64,000 bases of DNA, taken from positions 71,288,558 through 71,352,557 of the forward strand of contig JASCQW010000061.1 in NCBI GenBank assembly GCA_030264375.1, given 5' to 3'. Below the pieces are notes generated by a model, which was not told the origin of the DNA, did no database searches, and saw nothing but the letters and a program-made list of their open reading frames with translations. Below are positions 62,520 to 64,000 of the stretch, piece after piece. Source of the DNA: Carcharhinus longimanus. Lineage: Eukaryota. The translations under genes and the position numbers were made by a program. Positions within the stretch are counted from its first letter, which is position 1; each line of letters opens with the position of its first letter.

Positions 62520-64000
62520 CAAGAACACGAACTAGAAGCAGAAGTGGACCACCAGGCACTTCAAGCCTGCTTGACATTCAATACGATCATGGCTGTTCTA
62601 TGCTGGCCTCAACTCCTTTTCTGTGCCATTTTCTCATTGTCCTCTATTCCTCAATCTATCAAATATTTATCCACCTCCACTTTAAATACATCTAATGATC
62701 CAGCCTCCATCACCCTTTGGGGCAGAGAATTCCAGAGATTCACTATCCTTTGCAAGAAGTAATTTCTACGCACTTCAGTTTTAAATGACTGGCCCTTTAT
62801 CTTACAGTTATGTCTCTTTGTTTGAGATTCTCCTACTAATGGAAACATCTCACCACCTGTCCTGTCAAGCCTCTTTAGGGTCTTATATGCTTGAATAAAG
62901 CACTTCTCATTCAAGGAATACAGACTCAGGCTATTTAGAGTCTCTTGATCGAACAACCCTCTCATCCCAGGAACTAGCTTGGTGAATCTCCTTTGGATTG
63001 CTTTAAATGTTGCTATATCCTTTTTATTAAGGGGACAAAAACTATACGCATTATTCCAGGTGAGGCCTCACCAACGCTCTGTACAATTGAAACAAAACGT
63101 CCCTATTTTTGAATTCCAACTCCTTTACAATAAAGGCCAAAATTGCCTTTTTAATTACTTGTTGGCCCCGCTTGCTATCTTTTTGTGATTCATGAACTAG
63201 AACACCTAGATCTCTCTCTATCTTAGTTACCTGCAGTCTCTCTCCATTCAGAATATAATTTGCATTTTGATTCCTCCTACCAAAGTGCATGACCTCACAC
63301 TTTCCCACATTAAATACCATTTGCCAGGTTTTCGGCCAACCACCCAATCTATCTACATCCTGTTGCAGAATTATACTATCCTCATCACAAAATGCCCTTC
63401 CACTGATCTTCATATCACTGGCAAATTTGGAAATCTTACATTTTGTTCCCTTGTCTCGGTCATTAATGTAAATAGTGAGCGATTGCGGGTCAAGAACTGA
63501 TCGCTGCAGTACTCTACTAGTTATATCTTTCTACTCTGAAAAGGACTCATTAATTCCAACTATTTTCTATGTTACAGCCAGTTTTCAATTCATACTAACA
63601 CATTTCCTCCAATTCCATGGGCTTTTACTTTCAGCTTACCTATGTGATTAGCTATTTCCTTTTTGATAATTGACTCTAGCATCTTGTCAACAATAGATAT
63701 TAAACTAACTGGCCTGTAGTTCCCTGCCTTGTACCCTTTTCCCTTTTGGAACAAGGGCGTCACATTGGCTGTTTTCCAATCTTCTGGTACCCTCCCGCAA
63801 TTTGGTGAGTTACAAAAAATTTCAACCAATGGGCCGACTATCTCTGCAGCCATTTTCATTAAAACCCTAACATGCAGTTCATCAGGTTCTGGTGACTCGT
63901 CTGCCCTTAGTCCCTTGAGTTTCTCTAATACTCCCCTTTCTTGTGATTGTGATTTTTATAAGTTTTACCATGTTATTTGAAATCAGCCCCTCTAATTAAT
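62520..64000 (-). mobile_element. CR1 LINE, internally deleted RT region plus 3' end (continues past the window edge)
   Basis: ORFs 63590..63859 (VPEDWKTANVTPLFQKG..GNYRPVSL), 63051..63413 (WQMVFNVGKCEVMHFG..LVRPHLE) and 62651..62965 (VNLWNSLP). Confidence 0.92.

Noticed and set aside
42525-64000. Further upstream STAU2 coding exons
   Set aside because: No segment translating to the preceding dsRBD5/SSM sequence was found. The region appears to be one large intron.
1-64000. Prokaryotic systems (CRISPR arrays, operons, defence islands) or endogenous virus genes
   Set aside because: Sequence is intron/exon-structured vertebrate DNA. No regularly spaced repeat-spacer array and no env, capsid or viral polymerase motifs were seen.

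Overview
Vertebrate (eukaryotic) genomic DNA. The repeat content (V-SINE/HE1-like SINEs, CR1, L2, Rex1/Babar, RTE-like, Penelope, Gypsy, Harbinger) points to a cartilaginous fish, most likely a shark. The window holds the last four coding exons of RDH10 (retinol dehydrogenase 10, + strand, 2554-17112) and, convergent with it, the last two coding exons of STAU2 (Staufen 2, - strand, 42436-42524 and 33776-33908). Everything beyond 42524 is STAU2 intron. The rest is mostly decayed transposable elements, plus several N gaps and some non-repetitive blocks that may be conserved non-coding elements. Almost all ORFs in the supplied track are spurious or TE debris. The most interesting signals are: (i) Penelope-like elements carrying minimal hammerhead ribozyme (HHR) motifs, including ~220-bp palindromic mini-elements with 11-12 bp target-site duplications; (ii) a ~1.9-kb inverted Penelope insertion ~50 nt from the last STAU2 5' splice site, which could form long dsRNA in a dsRNA-binding-protein pre-mRNA and contains two same-strand HHR cores; (iii) an apparent stop-loss C-terminal extension of STAU2; (iv) orphan exon-like segments between the two genes. 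I found no clear evidence of a wholly new system. Family assignments come from motif recognition by eye, not database searches, and TE boundaries are approximate.
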